This document shows, one piece after another, positions 23,933 through 38,037 of a stretch of 64,000 nucleotides of DNA. Within the stretch, counting starts at the first letter, position 1, and every line of letters begins with the position of its first letter. The stretch is from Octopus vulgaris (Eukaryota): assembly GCA_951406725.2 (NCBI GenBank), contig OX597839.1:5952001-6016000 (forward strand), given 5' to 3'. The translations under genes were made by a program, and so were the position numbers. The notes under the pieces were generated by a model, which saw only the letters and a list, made by a program, of their open reading frames with translations, ran no database searches and was not told where the DNA came from.

Positions 23933-24429
23933 CTGAAAAAGTAAGTAATGAAAAAAATGGAAGAACAAATGTTAGTAACAAACAAAACTGGGAGCCAGAT
24001 GTAGAACACAAAGCAGTTAGGATATCTAATTATTAATTATTTTAACGACCAAAGGTAAGCATTGTGAGTTTGTGCAATGTGTGTACGATTCTTTACGCAT
24101 CGTTCGTTTTGTGCATGTATCTGTAAGTGATTATCCTCTCCACTGCAATGAAAAAGTGTAAGCACCAAAACCAGAATGGCAAAAGAGGGAAGCTTTAGAT
24201 CTGAATAAATAAATATACATACTTTCATGAGTGAGTGGATAAATAAAAGACAGTTGTACTCAACACATGTTATAAGTTACAGATATTATTTAGTAAGAGT
24301 TTGATTCAGCTCCGGTCAATTTGAAGTGTTGCAAAATCATAAAACGAATCCAGCTCTTCAGGCTAAGACACTTGAAGAGCAAGGTGTGTTATAGAAGCCC
24401 ATGACACTTTAAGCCAAACCAAACATTTG

Positions 24430-24630
24430 GGTGTGGCCATTGCCAGTACTACCAAACTGGTCCTCGTGCCGGTGGCATGTAAAAGCACCCACTACACTCT
24501 CGGAGTGGTTGGCATTAGGAAGGGCATCCAGCTGTAGAAACACTGCCAGATCAGATTCGAGTCTGGTTCGCCAGACCTCAGTCAAATCATCCAACCCATG
24601 CTAGCATGGAAAGCAAATGTTAAATGATGA

Positions 24631-24633
<3 letters not shown>
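24430..24633 (+). mobile_element. Repeat family B
   Basis: Conserved block and tail. Confidence 0.85.
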
Positions 24634-24676
<43 letters not shown>

Positions 24677-25258
24677 GTATATATCTCAAAATGTATGGAT
24701 GTAGTTAGGGTAAATCCCAGCTGTTTCCTCTTGAAGGACATCTGCTTATTCCATGATTACAATCAATATGTAGTCTCAGTTGCTGCTGTGTGTTAGTTCA
24801 AAATACTTATCAAAACTGAGAATTATAGAAATATCATTTACAGAGTTATGTATGTATGTATGTAGAATATATGTGATATTGTATATTAAAGCTGATTGTA
24901 TTTCCAATATTTTGAGACGAACCAATGGTTTATAAAAAAAAAATCTGTTTTGAATATGTGATGTTTTCCAAACAAACAAGAATTACAACAAAAATTAATA
25001 AACAAACAAATGAAACAAACTGTATATATATATACAATATACACATTCGTGCAAATATACACACTTACTACTTTTATGATTCAGGAGTTACAATAGGAAT
25101 GAGAAACGAAATTTATATATACATATACATTATATATGTATATTTATTTCCATGCATACACACAATGGTAATGAACAAAAAGTACTCATTTCATGAAGTA
25201 GACTAAAACTGCAATTTGTCCAGGTGAGGTACTTGGTGCGAGGCTTTTGTATATTTTT

Positions 25259-25568
25259 ATGTGTGTATATATACATATTTATATATATATATATACATAC
25301 ATATATACACATATATATATATATATATACACATACATATATATACACATATATATATATATATATACATACATATATACACATACATATATATATATAT
25401 ATATACATACATATATACACATACATATATATACACACACATATATATACACACACATATATACACACACATATATATACACACATATATATATATATAT
25501 ATATACATACATATATACATACATATACATATATATACATATATACACATACATATATATATACATAT

Positions 25569-25601
<33 letters not shown>

Positions 25602-25694
25602 CATACATACATATATATACATACATATACATATATATGTATACATATACATACACACACATACATATATACATACATATGTATACATATACAT

Positions 25695-25725
<31 letters not shown>

Positions 25726-25778
25726 CACATATATACATACACACACACACACACATATATACATATATATATATATAA
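25259..25778. repeat. Compound (TA/CA) microsatellite
   Basis: Direct inspection; similar tracts at ~8300-8810, 26266-26970, 37570-38240, 43250-43670, 55830-56140, 56650-57160. Confidence 0.95.
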
Positions 25779-25819
25779 ATTAACTGAAAAAAGGACAGTG
25801 TATTTCAAAATGAATTTGA

Positions 25820-25988
25820 TAATAAAGAGTTTAAAAAACATCCTTGTAACACTGTGAATGAATTAAAATGCAAAGTACCAATGATGTGTTTTAGTATCTA
25901 CAGGAAATTTTGCTGAAGTGTAAACTTGCAGATTAGACGCTTGTAGCTTGTATGGCAACCAATGGTGGCCATATTGAAAATAAGTAGT
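25820..25988 (+). pseudogene. Degraded Tc1/mariner transposase C-terminal remnant
   Basis: Fragments translate [12 protein letters not shown] and LVACMATNGGHIENK*, resembling the RLxACIxANGGHFE end of Tc1/mariner transposases; frameshifted. Confidence 0.5.
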
Positions 25989-26263
25989 AATCCAATAAGT
26001 AAACATTTATCTGAGAAGATATTATGTTATAAAGCAATTAAATACATACTATAAGCGTATGTGTGTGTGTGTGTGTGTTTGTGTGTGTGTGTTGACTAAG
26101 GTGTGGAAACAAATTTGGGCATTTGAAGATTTTGAAGAAAAGGAAAGAAAACAGCCTTAAAAATATTATATGAAAATTATCAGTAGTAACATTCAAGACA
26201 GTTAAAAAAATAAATGACAATATGTGAAAGAAAAAATATGTGTGGGTGTGTGTGCGTGTGAAT

Positions 26264-26304
<41 letters not shown>

Positions 26305-26390
26305 CATATATAAAGAGATTTATAATAATATAAACTATTATATATGTATATGTGTATGTATATATGTGTGTGTATGTATATATATATATA

Positions 26391-26439
<49 letters not shown>

Positions 26440-27802
26440 ATGTATATATATATATATGTATATGTGTGTGTATGTATATATGTATATGTGTGTGTATGTA
26501 TATGTGTGTGTGTATGTATGTATGTATATATATATATATGTGTGTGTATATATATATATGTGTGTGTGTGTGTATGTATATATATATATATATATGTATA
26601 TGTGTGTGTATGTATATATGTATATGTGTGTGTGTGTCTATGTATATATATATATGTATATATGTGTGTATGTATATGTGTGTGTGTGTATGTATATGTG
26701 TGTGTGTGTATGTATATGTGTGTGTATGTATATGTGTGTGTGTGTATATATATATATATGTATATGTGTGTGTATGTATATGTGTGTGTGTGTATGTATA
26801 TATATATGTATATGTGTGTGTATGTATATGTGTGTGTATGTATGTATATGTATGTATCGATATATATATATGATTGTATAGAAGTGTGTATGTATGTATA
26901 TATATATGTATGTATCGATATATATATATGATTGTATAGAAGTGTATATGTATATATATATATGTATATATAAAGAGCGTGGGATATATATTTGGATTTA
27001 GTACAATAAATAAATGGTGATATTATTATTACTATTATCATTATTATTATGTTCCAGCATTAGTAGTCATAGTTGCAAAAACAGCAGCAGTAGTAGTAGT
27101 AGTAGTAGTGACAAACACTGATAACTATTGACGCTGTTGGTGTGATTAATTACCGAATTAGATAAATAACTTATACAATTTGATTATAGTTCTTTGAAAG
27201 GGAGGAAGAGTAAGTGTTATGAGAGAGTGACTTTGAGACATTCTCAAAGGAATTGGTGAAGTAAAATGAAATTAAATGATTCCAAAAGAAATAGGATTTA
27301 TTAGTACACCTCACCTTCAAATGTTATTGAGTCTTTACACTCAATTCATATATATATATATGTATGAATGTATATACACACACATATATAGACACGGTAT
27401 AAATTAACGGTCATTATATATGTTTCCTTTATTGGAGTTAATATGGCTTGCAGCTGCTTCCAGTAATCATTATAGCTTCGTTACTGATAGGTTTCTCAAT
27501 TGAACCTTGGACCCTGTCATAAGAATTCTTGGGGTTCTTTACTAATTTCAACAATATTGTTAGCCTGGTGTGACAACAGAGAGCTTATTTTCCTACATTG
27601 ATAATCCCTTACCAATAACTCTGTTATATATTTATATACACACAAATATGTATATTTTCACAAACACAAAGTGTATATACATATATATATATATATATAT
27701 TTATTTGAGGGAATATAAATCCTAACTTACAGGGAAAAATTCAATTTAAAAATACTAAATCAAATTTCACACAATATAATATATATATAAAATATTAGAA
27801 AA

Positions 27803-28010
27803 AAATTACATCATCTAGAAAATTACATATAATAGAAATATTAAAATCAAAATAACAATAAAATGCCTATGATTAAGTAAATTGCGAAAAAAATTATAAA
27901 AACGTATATAATTGGTATATATTTTTTGAAAAATACTTAATCATTGGTATTTTATTGTTATTTTAATTTTAATATTTCTATTATATGTAATTTTCTAGAT
28001 GGTGTAATTT
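27803..28010. repeat. AT-rich inverted repeat (~77-bp arms, ~54-nt spacer)
   Basis: 27803-27879 vs 27934-28010, about 4 mismatches. Confidence 0.88.
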
Positions 28011-29223
28011 AATTGTTCATTTTGAATTGATAAAAGGTGGTTCTTTTCTAATTTTATTTATATATATATATATACTGACACACACATATAAGGCTAATCC
28101 TTTATGGCCTATGCCAGCTCAGTGTAAGCACTCATCCTTGCACCTCATAAAAAGCACTTGTGCCACTGCCATGGGATAAGTGATTGTGCCACTGCTTTGT
28201 GGAAAGCACTCCTGCTGGTGCCACTTCTCAGTATAAATGATACTTTCATCTCTTATACAGATTTTCGTTAACTTTTAAAGAGAAAAGAACACATAGCTGC
28301 TGCTATTTTCAATGGCTAATGGCTGGATAAGTTGCTGTTGCTAATAATGATAATAATAATAATGATAATAATAATAATAATGATGATGATAATAATAATA
28401 ATAATAATGATGATGATTATAATAATGATAATAATGATAATAATAAAAATGATAATAATAATAGATTCATTATTTATCTCAAGGACAAAGAATAATGGGA
28501 CATTACCAAAATGTTTAACAAATGATATATTTAAACAATAACAACATCAACACAATAAATGATTCATAGGAAAACAACAACAACAACAATATATTAGTGA
28601 AATTACTATTAACAACAACAACAATAATAATAATAAAATAGAAATGAAAACTAAATCATCCAGGATTTATAGTACTTGTATAATTAAAGGTGTAGACATT
28701 ATTAATGATGATGGTGTTGATGATGATGGTGATGACAACCAGTTTTTGTCATTATTATGATAGTACTTCTGCCCTGATCCAGGAGACACACAATCAAAAA
28801 TGTTTCACCCATGACCATCCAGTCTTTCCTTATGAGTATTTCGTTTGTTTTTGTTTGTTTTTTTTGTTTAAAGACGATGTGTCCTGAGGTTAATTTGATT
28901 AGCTATTATTTCTAGCAAAGTTGAATGGTGGAGGATGGCAGTCGTTATGATGTTGCTGGTGAAAACGATGGAGGTGAATATGATGATGATGACGATGATG
29001 ATGATGATGATGATTGCTATTGATTCTGATGGTCATGATGGTGAATTATTATGATAATAGAAAGAAATATATCAACAAAAGTTTTTAAAACAAAAGGACA
29101 GTAGAAAAAGAACTCGGGTCTCCAACCACCTAGAAAAAAAAAAAACTAAAATGAATTTAAAAGAAAAAAAAACCCACATATGAGAGAAAGGGAACGTAGG
29201 GGGTGAGCAGGAGGAGATAATAC

Positions 29224-29229
29224 CGAGAT
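29224..29229 (-). CDS. Candidate 6-nt microexon (phase 1-1)
   Basis: tgcgatattttacaattcctcttttacag|ATCTCG|gtatta. Confidence 0.38.
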
Positions 29230-29555
29230 CTGTAAAAGAGGAATTGTAAAATATCGCATTTAATAGAAAAAGAATAATATTAATACTTAATCAATAGTGA
29301 TGTGGTTTGGCTCTTTATAGAAGGAAGGGAATATTCTCTTCATAAAAGAGGCAGGTACCATGATTGCATTTTTGATGTGTAATATGTACATAGCAGGTAC
29401 TTCTTGAACCACAAAACCCTGCATCCTGGACTGTTTGAAAAGAAAACATTGTCAAAATCTCTATGGAGAAACCCATGAAATGCTTCATTCCGGAGATTGT
29501 GGTTTTGGGTTTGGCCTCACAGAGAAGCAACTATATATGTGTGCATGTATGTATG

Positions 29556-29593
<38 letters not shown>

Positions 29594-30674
29594 TAATGTT
29601 TAAGTTTATCTCTTGAGACCTTCAATAAAATTCAAAAACATCACTGAAAGTTATATTTTCTACAGAATTCTTCAGTCACATTGTTTACATAGATGTATTC
29701 ATACACAAGGCATAACTTTCAGTGGTGGCTTTGAATTCTATAGAAAATCTATAGAATTAAGCTTAAAAACAAGATAATACTGCTAATACTACAGTAAGGC
29801 ATGATATTGGCTTGTAAGCATTTAATATATTTGGTATATTGCAAAATGAAATGCTATATCCTTGCTAGTCATTAGCATATATATATATATATATATTTAC
29901 ACACACAATCACACACACAATCATATCCATATTATATATATATACATATATATATATATAATAGTAGTAGTAGCAGTAGTAATAAAATATTGAAAACATA
30001 TGTCATTTCATGTTTTTATAAAACATACACATGTTTTGGCAAATTACTGCCAAGATTACATAATTGCTTGTTGAAACATTATATTATCTTGTTAATTCAC
30101 CTTTTCAGTGCTTTTGCTAAACACTATATGTTTGCTGTGTTCCACTGATACTATTACATGGCTCGTATTCTGCACACTGCCCTATCCCATGGTTTGATGT
30201 CTCATGCTGTACAGCACTGGGTATAGGGGTGGATGGAGTGTAGGACTTATTACTGAGCCCAAACTTCCATTACGTGTCATGCTTTGCAGCTTATACACAC
30301 ACACACACACACATACATACACACATATATATAAATACACAAATACACATACAGGAGTGCACATAAATTTGTGTAACATATATGTTTGTGTGTGTCTGTG
30401 CATGAGTGAGTATTACTATTTAAACATACACACATAAGCGTTCAAGTGTGGAAATAATGAAAAAAAAAAAACAAATTAAGAAATTAATAAATAAATATAA
30501 CGAAGCAGCAGACCGACAATTTTCACAGAACATGAAGCATTGGAAAGGAACATAACAAAAGCTGAATCTAGATTTTCACTCTCCTCTAATTAATTTAACG
30601 AACATTTACTCATTATTTTCTCTGTGTATGTGTGTGTGTATTTATTTGCCCACATACATATTGTGGGCAAATAG

Positions 30675-30907
30675 AGTGCAGGAGTGGCTGTGTGGTAAGT
30701 AGCTTGCTAACCAACCACATGGCTCCGGGTTCAGTCCCACTGCATGGCATCTTGGGCAAGTGTCTTCTGCTATAGCCCCAGGCCGACCAATGCCTTGTGA
30801 GTGGATTTGGTAGACGGAAACTGAAAGAAGCCTGTCGTATATATATATATATATATATATATAATGTGTGTGTGTGTATGTTTGTGTGTCTGTGTTTGTC
30901 CCCCTAG
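30675..30907 (+). mobile_element. SINE family A 5' half, fused to a family B fragment (to ~31090)
   Basis: Family A head and core followed directly by family B 3' sequence. Confidence 0.8.
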
Positions 30908-31651
30908 TAAATGGTACCTGTGCCAGTGGTATGCAAAAAGCACCCGTTACACTCTTAGAGTAGTTGGCATTAGGAAGGGCATCTAGCCATAGAAACCCTG
31001 CCAAATCAGACTGGAACCATGCTTCCCTGTTCCAGTCACTCCATTTAACCCATGCCAACAGGGAAAACAGACGTTAAATGATGATAATGATTTCTGTTAG
31101 CACTGACTGACTAAAACTTTGGGTTTCATTCAAGTAGATTAAATCAACTGCATTATTCAGATTTGCAAGGGCAAGTATCTGTCACACAGAATACTATACA
31201 GCCGACAAAATACTAAATCATATCCAAGGATGGATTGTAAAATCTTATTCTATAGATACAGCCATACCTGAACAAACACAGGTGCGAATTCAGAGCAACA
31301 GCAGCAGAGAGCAGTGCTAACTGTATATGATAAATAACCTTTTCTATCATAGACATGATGCATCTACAGTGTGCTAAAGGTTAATACTGAGTGCTTTATA
31401 AATATCTACCTGGATTTTTTAATCCCTTTTATTTAATACACACACACACACACACATATCTTGCAGCCATACTGCTTTTTTTGTTGTATATTTTATTTTG
31501 TTGTGTTTGTTTTTGTCATTGTCCTGTACATCCATCAGCAGTTCCCAGTGGCTCCTCATCACTGTCACCACCAAGAGTGAACAATATCAATGTTAAAGGC
31601 ACGAAATTGTAAAGATCTTTTAGGCGTTGACTGATGATGAATTAGCTACGC

Positions 31652-31943
31652 CAGGCCGATGCCAGCACCGCCTCGTCTGGCTTCCGTGCCGGTGGCACAT
31701 AAAATACACCAATCCGACCGTGGCCGTTGCCAGCCTCGCCTGGCACTTGTGCAGGTGGCACGTAAAAAGCACCCACTACACTCACGGAGTTGTTGGTGTT
31801 AGGAAGGGCATCCAGCTGTAGAAACACTGCCAGATAAGACTGGAGCCTGGTGCAGCCTTCTGGCTTCCCAGATCCCCGGTCGAACCGTCCAACTCATGCT
31901 AGCATGGAGAACGGACGTTAAACGATGATGATGATGATGATGA
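31652..31943 (+). mobile_element. Repeat family B
   Basis: Modules, conserved block and tail. Confidence 0.87.
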
Positions 31944-32590
31944 TTTTCTGTTTGTTACGTTTTTGTTAAAATTTTCTGTTTGTTGTGTTTTTGTTAAAAT
32001 TTTGAAATATCTATCTATATAGCTATATGTTTGTCCTATCTCAGTGTGGAACAGGTAGATGTCTGCCTCAGCGTAAGGTCAGGGCTGAAAGATAAGCTAT
32101 CACTTTGGTCAAGTATTGAACTCAGAAATATCAGTCAGGAAAAATCTAGTCCTAAAGAACTTATCCACTCACCCAACTTACTACTAAACAACCTTTCTTG
32201 CCTGCATATTAACATTAAACCTCCATTCACATCAAAAGGCAGGGTGAAAGGATATTAGGGTATTGGGGACCAGCAAAAAAAAAAAAAAAAAAGACAAAAA
32301 TGTTCTAGTGGGGTGGGATTATGATAAAGCAAAATTAAAGGCACAATTCAAAAAAGCAAAACATATCATGGCATTAAAGGGTACACACTGCTTCTTGCAG
32401 ACATTTTACATCTTTTAATAGCAATTTCATCACCAGCATTACCATCAATTATTGTGTGTAAAGGCATGTGTGTGTCTGTCTGTCTGTGTGTGTGTGTTGG
32501 AAATACTAATTATGAGCAAGAGACATTTCTCATTTAAAGGCTTCAAGCCAGGACTAGATGTCAAGAATAATAAGATATATTAAATTAAAA

Positions 32591-32870
32591 TGATTCATTA
32601 CAGTTGGCCTCCTGTTTCAGTCTGTAAAGTAATTTTCAAGTGACTGAAGCACTCCTACAGTGAGAAACATTTGGCCAACTGTAATGAGTCACTTAAATTA
32701 TATTTAACCCTTTAGTGTTCAGATTATTCTATCAAACATAATGCTTATTGATTCCCATTATTACAGTTGGCCTCCTGTTTCAGTCTGTAAAGTAATTTTC
32801 AAGTGACTGAAGCACTCCTACAGTGAGAAACATTTGGCCAACTGTAATGAGTCACTTAAATTATATTTAA
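32591..32870. repeat. Duplicated ~110-bp fold-back element separated by a MITE fragment
   Basis: Essentially identical copies at ~32597-32707 and ~32760-32870, each bounded by attacagttggcc / ggccaactgtaat. Confidence 0.88.
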
Positions 32871-33084
32871 TATATGTAATATATAATTGAACAGTATTAC
32901 CATTACCATTAATTCTTTTGTGTACTTACATGTATGTTCTATATATGGAATATATCTTATACAAAGATGTCTGTGATGTATGTGTATGGAGATGGAGATG
33001 GAGATGGAGCATGTGAAGGTGTTCATTTGCATGTTTTATATAAGGGTATATATTTATGCAGTCCCATTCATGCACGTGCATGTG

Positions 33085-33364
33085 GGCCTGAGTGTGTGTG
33101 TGTGTGTATTTTTATGAATGTGTGTGTGTGTGTGTTTGTGTGTATTTTATGAATGAATGTGTGTGTGTGTGTGTATGTGTATTTTTATGAATGCATGTGT
33201 GTGTGTGTGTGTGTGTATTTTTATGAATGCATGTGTGTGTGTGTGTGTGTGTGTATTTTTATGAATGCGTGTGTGTGTGTGTGTGTATTTTTATGAATGT
33301 GTGTGTGTGTATGTGTATTTTTATGAATGCATGTGTGTGTGTCTGTGTGTATTTTTATGAATGC

Positions 33365-33398
<34 letters not shown>

Positions 33399-33450
33399 TT
33401 TTATGAATGCCTGTGTGTGTGTGTATGTGTATTTTTATGAATGTGTGTGT
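33085..33450. repeat. Minisatellite (tg)n-tatttttatgaatg, ~10 copies
   Basis: Constant tatttttatgaatg core with variable (tg)n spacers. Confidence 0.9.
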
Positions 33451-33859
33451 GTGTGGGTATGCAATAAATCAAAAGAGCAGTACCAAAAAATGGTTGATGA
33501 CATACACATTAAAAACAAATGAATACAAATAGGCGAGGCAGCAATATAAAGCAAATCATAAATTGAACAACCAAAGAAAAAAAAAAAAAAAAAAAGACAC
33601 ACAGACAAACAGAGCAGACAACATCGAAGTGGAAGGGAAGATGAGTTTATAGAAGTTTTGGTTATATTAATAGTGATGATTGATAGAGAGAGAGAGAGTG
33701 ATAGTTGGAGTAGCAATTGTAGCAGCAGGAGTAGATTCAGGAGTCATAAAGTGAAATCAGATTGACAGAACCTTTGTGATATCCCAACTGGACTGATTGC
33801 ACTTGTAAGTCAAATGTCCAGTTTAATCACATGCAGATCAAATGTGAAGATCATATGTT

Positions 33860-34345
33860 CCTTTAGCATTTAAGCCAGCCATAACCAGTGGCCCAAATGT
33901 TCTACCTTGTTTCATGTTAAAATTGGGATCTTTCCGGTTTGAACGGTAGTTTTTAAAAATAATTTCCACGTAACTAAACACTTTTAAACTTCATATACTG
34001 GTAGAATGTGTTTATAAAACATCTTTTTCTCTTGGCTTTATTGAGAAAATTCTATAGTTTGTAAGATATTTGTTGCTTTATTCTTCAATTTCTGCAATTT
34101 CAATCAATCAATGACGTGTATTGAGGTAAATAACATTCTTTAATCCTTTAGTATTCAAACTGGCCATATCCAGTCTCTCACACCTACCCTAAATTGCCAT
34201 TCGGAAAATAAACGAACCACATCATCAAAATCTCAAAGCTACCAGATAATGCATGATTAATTTAAAACAATGTGAATAAATAAGAATAATGTCAATGCTA
34301 AGGGATTAAACTGGCCATATCTGGCCCCTCACACCTTTCCTAAAA
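33860..34345. mobile_element. Nested MITE-like elements with TTAA-CCCTTTAGCATT-type ends
   Basis: Inner element ~34140-34309 has inverted ends ttaatcctttagtatt / aatgctaagggattaa; relatives at ~6280-6475, ~10288-10380, ~49595-49813, ~63880-63986. TTAA+CCC ends suggest piggyBac-like origin (inference). Confidence 0.6.
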
Positions 34346-36185
34346 TACGAAACTACATTATCTAATATGCTCTTTCTCTATCTGAATCAATAACATGAGG
34401 TTTGAAAGAAATTTGGCTGCTGTCTCTAGCTGAGCGAGCAACGAGCAAAGGAGAGAGTTAAGAAAGAAAAATAGAATAAGCAAAGCACTATAGAAAGAGT
34501 GAGAGAGAGAGACCAACAAAGCAATGGCTGAATACAGAGAGAGAGGGAGAGAGCAAGGGAGAGAGATGTAGAAAAATAGTCAATCAAACTAGCAGTGTTG
34601 ATGTTGTTCGTGCCATAAGTGAATCTAAAGATCTAGGATCAAATGAGCCCTAAAGCTGTCATCACCAATTTTCCCATTTTTTTGTTTTTCATGTCATAGC
34701 TAATCTAAAACTCGTTGTGGTCTCTCTCTATGACCAGTTATCGATTTTCTCTTTTTTTTTCTTTTATGATGAAGATTTGGTTATTATTTCTAGCATGCCC
34801 ATGAGCTCTTTCTTGGTCCCATGAGCTCTTTCTTGTTGACTTTAGAATATAATGCAGTAGAAAAGTACGAGAGTGAGAAAGAGAATGATGATGAAAGATC
34901 TAAGGGACAAGAATGAATTATAAGACTAAAGAATGAGTAGAGTAATGACGGAGAGTAATGAATGAAGGAGCAAAATACTATGAGTGGAAAGAATGAGGAA
35001 AATATGAAAGTGGAGATGATGCTTGTGATGATGATGGTGGTAATGATGATAGTTGTGATGATGATGATGATGATGATGGTGATGAAGATGATGTCTGATT
35101 CTGTTGACAGTGATGGTGATGATCATGCTGATGCTGCTCTTGCTGATACAACTGATGAGGACAATAATGATGATGTTGTCTTATCCCTGGCCCAAACTCG
35201 ACTGAGCACTGCTTCACCCAAAAGCACTCCAACTATGGCCAACCCATCCCATCCTATCCCATCTATTTTTCTTACTTCCATTTCAGGGCATAGCATACCT
35301 TGAACTACATTATCTAAATAACGACCTTCGACATTTCCTTCTTAGCATGAGAGATTTGGCTGTGATTTCAAGCAGCCAGAACAATCAGGTAGAGGTTCCT
35401 CTCTAGAGAAGGCCATAATAATGATGATGGTGGTGGTGGCAGCGGTGGTTGAAGGTGAGGTGTATGTTGGTGAGGAACGGAAAGTAAGGGGAGGTAAGAA
35501 GGTGAATCAAAGCAAGCAAAATGTAAACAACAACAAGAAGAACAACAACAACAGCAAATAAAACAACAAAATACAACAATGCTATAAAAGCCAAAAAAAG
35601 CAATGAAACTATCTAATTCTACTATATATACATACATATATATATATATATACACACACACATATACATTTGCATATATATATATATATATATATGCATG
35701 TATACACATCTATGTATATGTATGTGTGTATATATATATATCTAAATATATATTCATGATATGAATCTAATACTAAAACACCAAACAAAAGCATGAAAGG
35801 AAAGAGGGAAATACGAAGAGAGAGAGAGAGAAAGAATGAGAGAGAGTAAAAGGGATTAAAAGAAAGAGAGAGCGAGAGAGAGTGTGAGAGAGAGGAAGAG
35901 ATACAGGTAAACAAAATAATAGTTTCCAACACATGGAAAACTAAAGATAGATAGAGAGAGAGAGAGAGAGAGAATCAAAGGGACGGCAGTAGCAGAGATA
36001 GTAATAGTTGTAGTGGTGATGGTGGTAGTAGTAGTGAAAAAGGAGAGGGTGCAGACAAGTGACTATGTTTTTTTTTTTTTTTTCAGATTTTTGAATTTTT
36101 TTCTCTTTTTTTTTTAAAAGAATCGAAATATTTTAATATTCAGAGTAGAGAACATATGGTTGGAGGATTATATGTGAAAACTCAC

Positions 36186-36227
36186 TTTTCTCACCCATCC
36201 TGTCGGCCCATATTAAACGGCTTAAGC
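36186..36227 (-). CDS. Candidate juxtamembrane cassette exon with two in-frame donors (33 or 42 nt), xLSRLIWADRM(GEK)
   Basis: tttcccctctcttacatttatag|GC; donors G|gtgaga (exon end 36195) and A|gtgagt (exon end 36186), both phase 1 and open. Confidence 0.6.
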
Positions 36228-37274
36228 CTATAAATGTAAGAGAGGGGAAATAAATAATACAAAAAAAAAAATAAAAAAAAATAAAATTACAACAACAATG
36301 AAATTGAACACACACATAAAAAAAAAATTAAGCCACAAATTAAAATATTTCAAATAAAATGATAAAAATTAAAATTTTTAATTTTCCACAAATATGTTAT
36401 GAAATTTTTTTTTTTAATTTAAAAAAAAATTTATTTTAATTTTTAAATTGAGCGATATCCCTTCATCAGAGATGATATGATAATAAAAACAATGAAAATG
36501 GGTGATGAAAGTGATGACGACGATGATGATGATGATAAAGATGAGGTTGATGAGGAGTAGGATGAAGTTAATGATGATAGCGATGATGATGAAGAGGTTC
36601 TTTATGGTGATGATGATGGTGATGTTGATAGTTTCCTTAAATAGAGCAGAAAAGCATTAAGGCAATTAGAGTCAAGTGTCTTAACCAAAAACGCTGTAAT
36701 AACTGACGAATTGATGACGAAATATCGATGGATGATTGATTTTGCTGAAATTAAAAATATTGATTTTTTTTTTTTCTGACATTATACAATATTAATAATA
36801 TATAAACACACATACACTGATGAATACAATATTATGAGCCTGTGTGCTTCGAATATCTAAAATAAATACATGGTACCCTTGTGTCTCATAAGAGGTAACA
36901 ATGAGGGTTAGCAAAAAATAAGGGTTAATATCTGGTCATAAATGGCTGCCCCAAAAGATCCTGTCCAACCATGCCAGTATGTATATATGGCATAAAAACA
37001 CGAATACCGTTCATGATGTGATGTTAAATATATATGATGAAGATGATGATGATGATGAGTATATAGGGATAAATTATCCGGGTGGGTACCATACCAGCTC
37101 TGAAGTACATTTGGAAGGGCATCCAAGCCATAGAAGCCATCAAGTAGTAAGATACTTGAAGGGATCAGTTCAGTGGCATGCCAGATCCTGTCAAACTGGT
37201 TCTTTTTTAAGCTAGCAGGTAAAGCTCTGGGCTTGCTTTGCTGTCTCCATATTCAATGTAATTGTTTTGAATTG

Positions 37275-37312
<38 letters not shown>

Positions 37313-37998
37313 ATGAATGTAGATATGTATGTAAGTATGTACATGTATATTTATATATTTATACACAGAGATCTGTAAATACACATACACACTTGGACAC
37401 AGTCAGGCAGATAGATGTGTATTGTGTGGTTACATGTCCTTAAAGGGAGATCACTGGCTTAAATCGGAAGGCAAAAAACCCCTCTAGGAACAAATCTTAG
37501 GTCAGGTCTAAGAAATACCTATAATATATTTAGCTCCAGCCTGACTACATGCTTACCAATACAAAAGTAACATACACAAATATATATATATACATACATA
37601 CATATACATACATATATATATACATACATATATATATATGCATATATATACACATATATATACATATACATACATACATATATATATATAAAACACACAA
37701 ACATGTACACTAAAACACATATATACACACACAGTTATATATAAACATGAACATAGGTATGCATAGATATGTTTAAATACACAAACATAAATATACGCAG
37801 ACGCATGACAATATATATATATATATGTAAATATACATACAGAGATACACTTATATATATACACACAAACATACATATGCACACAAATACATATATATAT
37901 ATATATAAATATACATACATAGATACACTTATATACACACAAATACATACATATATATAAATATACATACATAGATACACTAATATACACACAAATAC

Positions 37999-38037
<39 letters not shown>

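Noticed and set aside
25130-27041. Long ORFs of 160-279 aa in all frames (also near 8166, 14281, 37553, 43247, 55574)
   Set aside because: Translations of TA/CA/TG microsatellites that lack stop codons; no real coding signal.
27315-27332. 18-nt in-frame unit with a good donor (AAG|gtgagg)
   Set aside because: The acceptor gtgtaaag lacks a pyrimidine tract.
33085-33450. Constant repeat with variable spacers, superficially CRISPR-like
   Set aside because: Spacers are only (tg)n length variants; eukaryotic intron; no cas genes.
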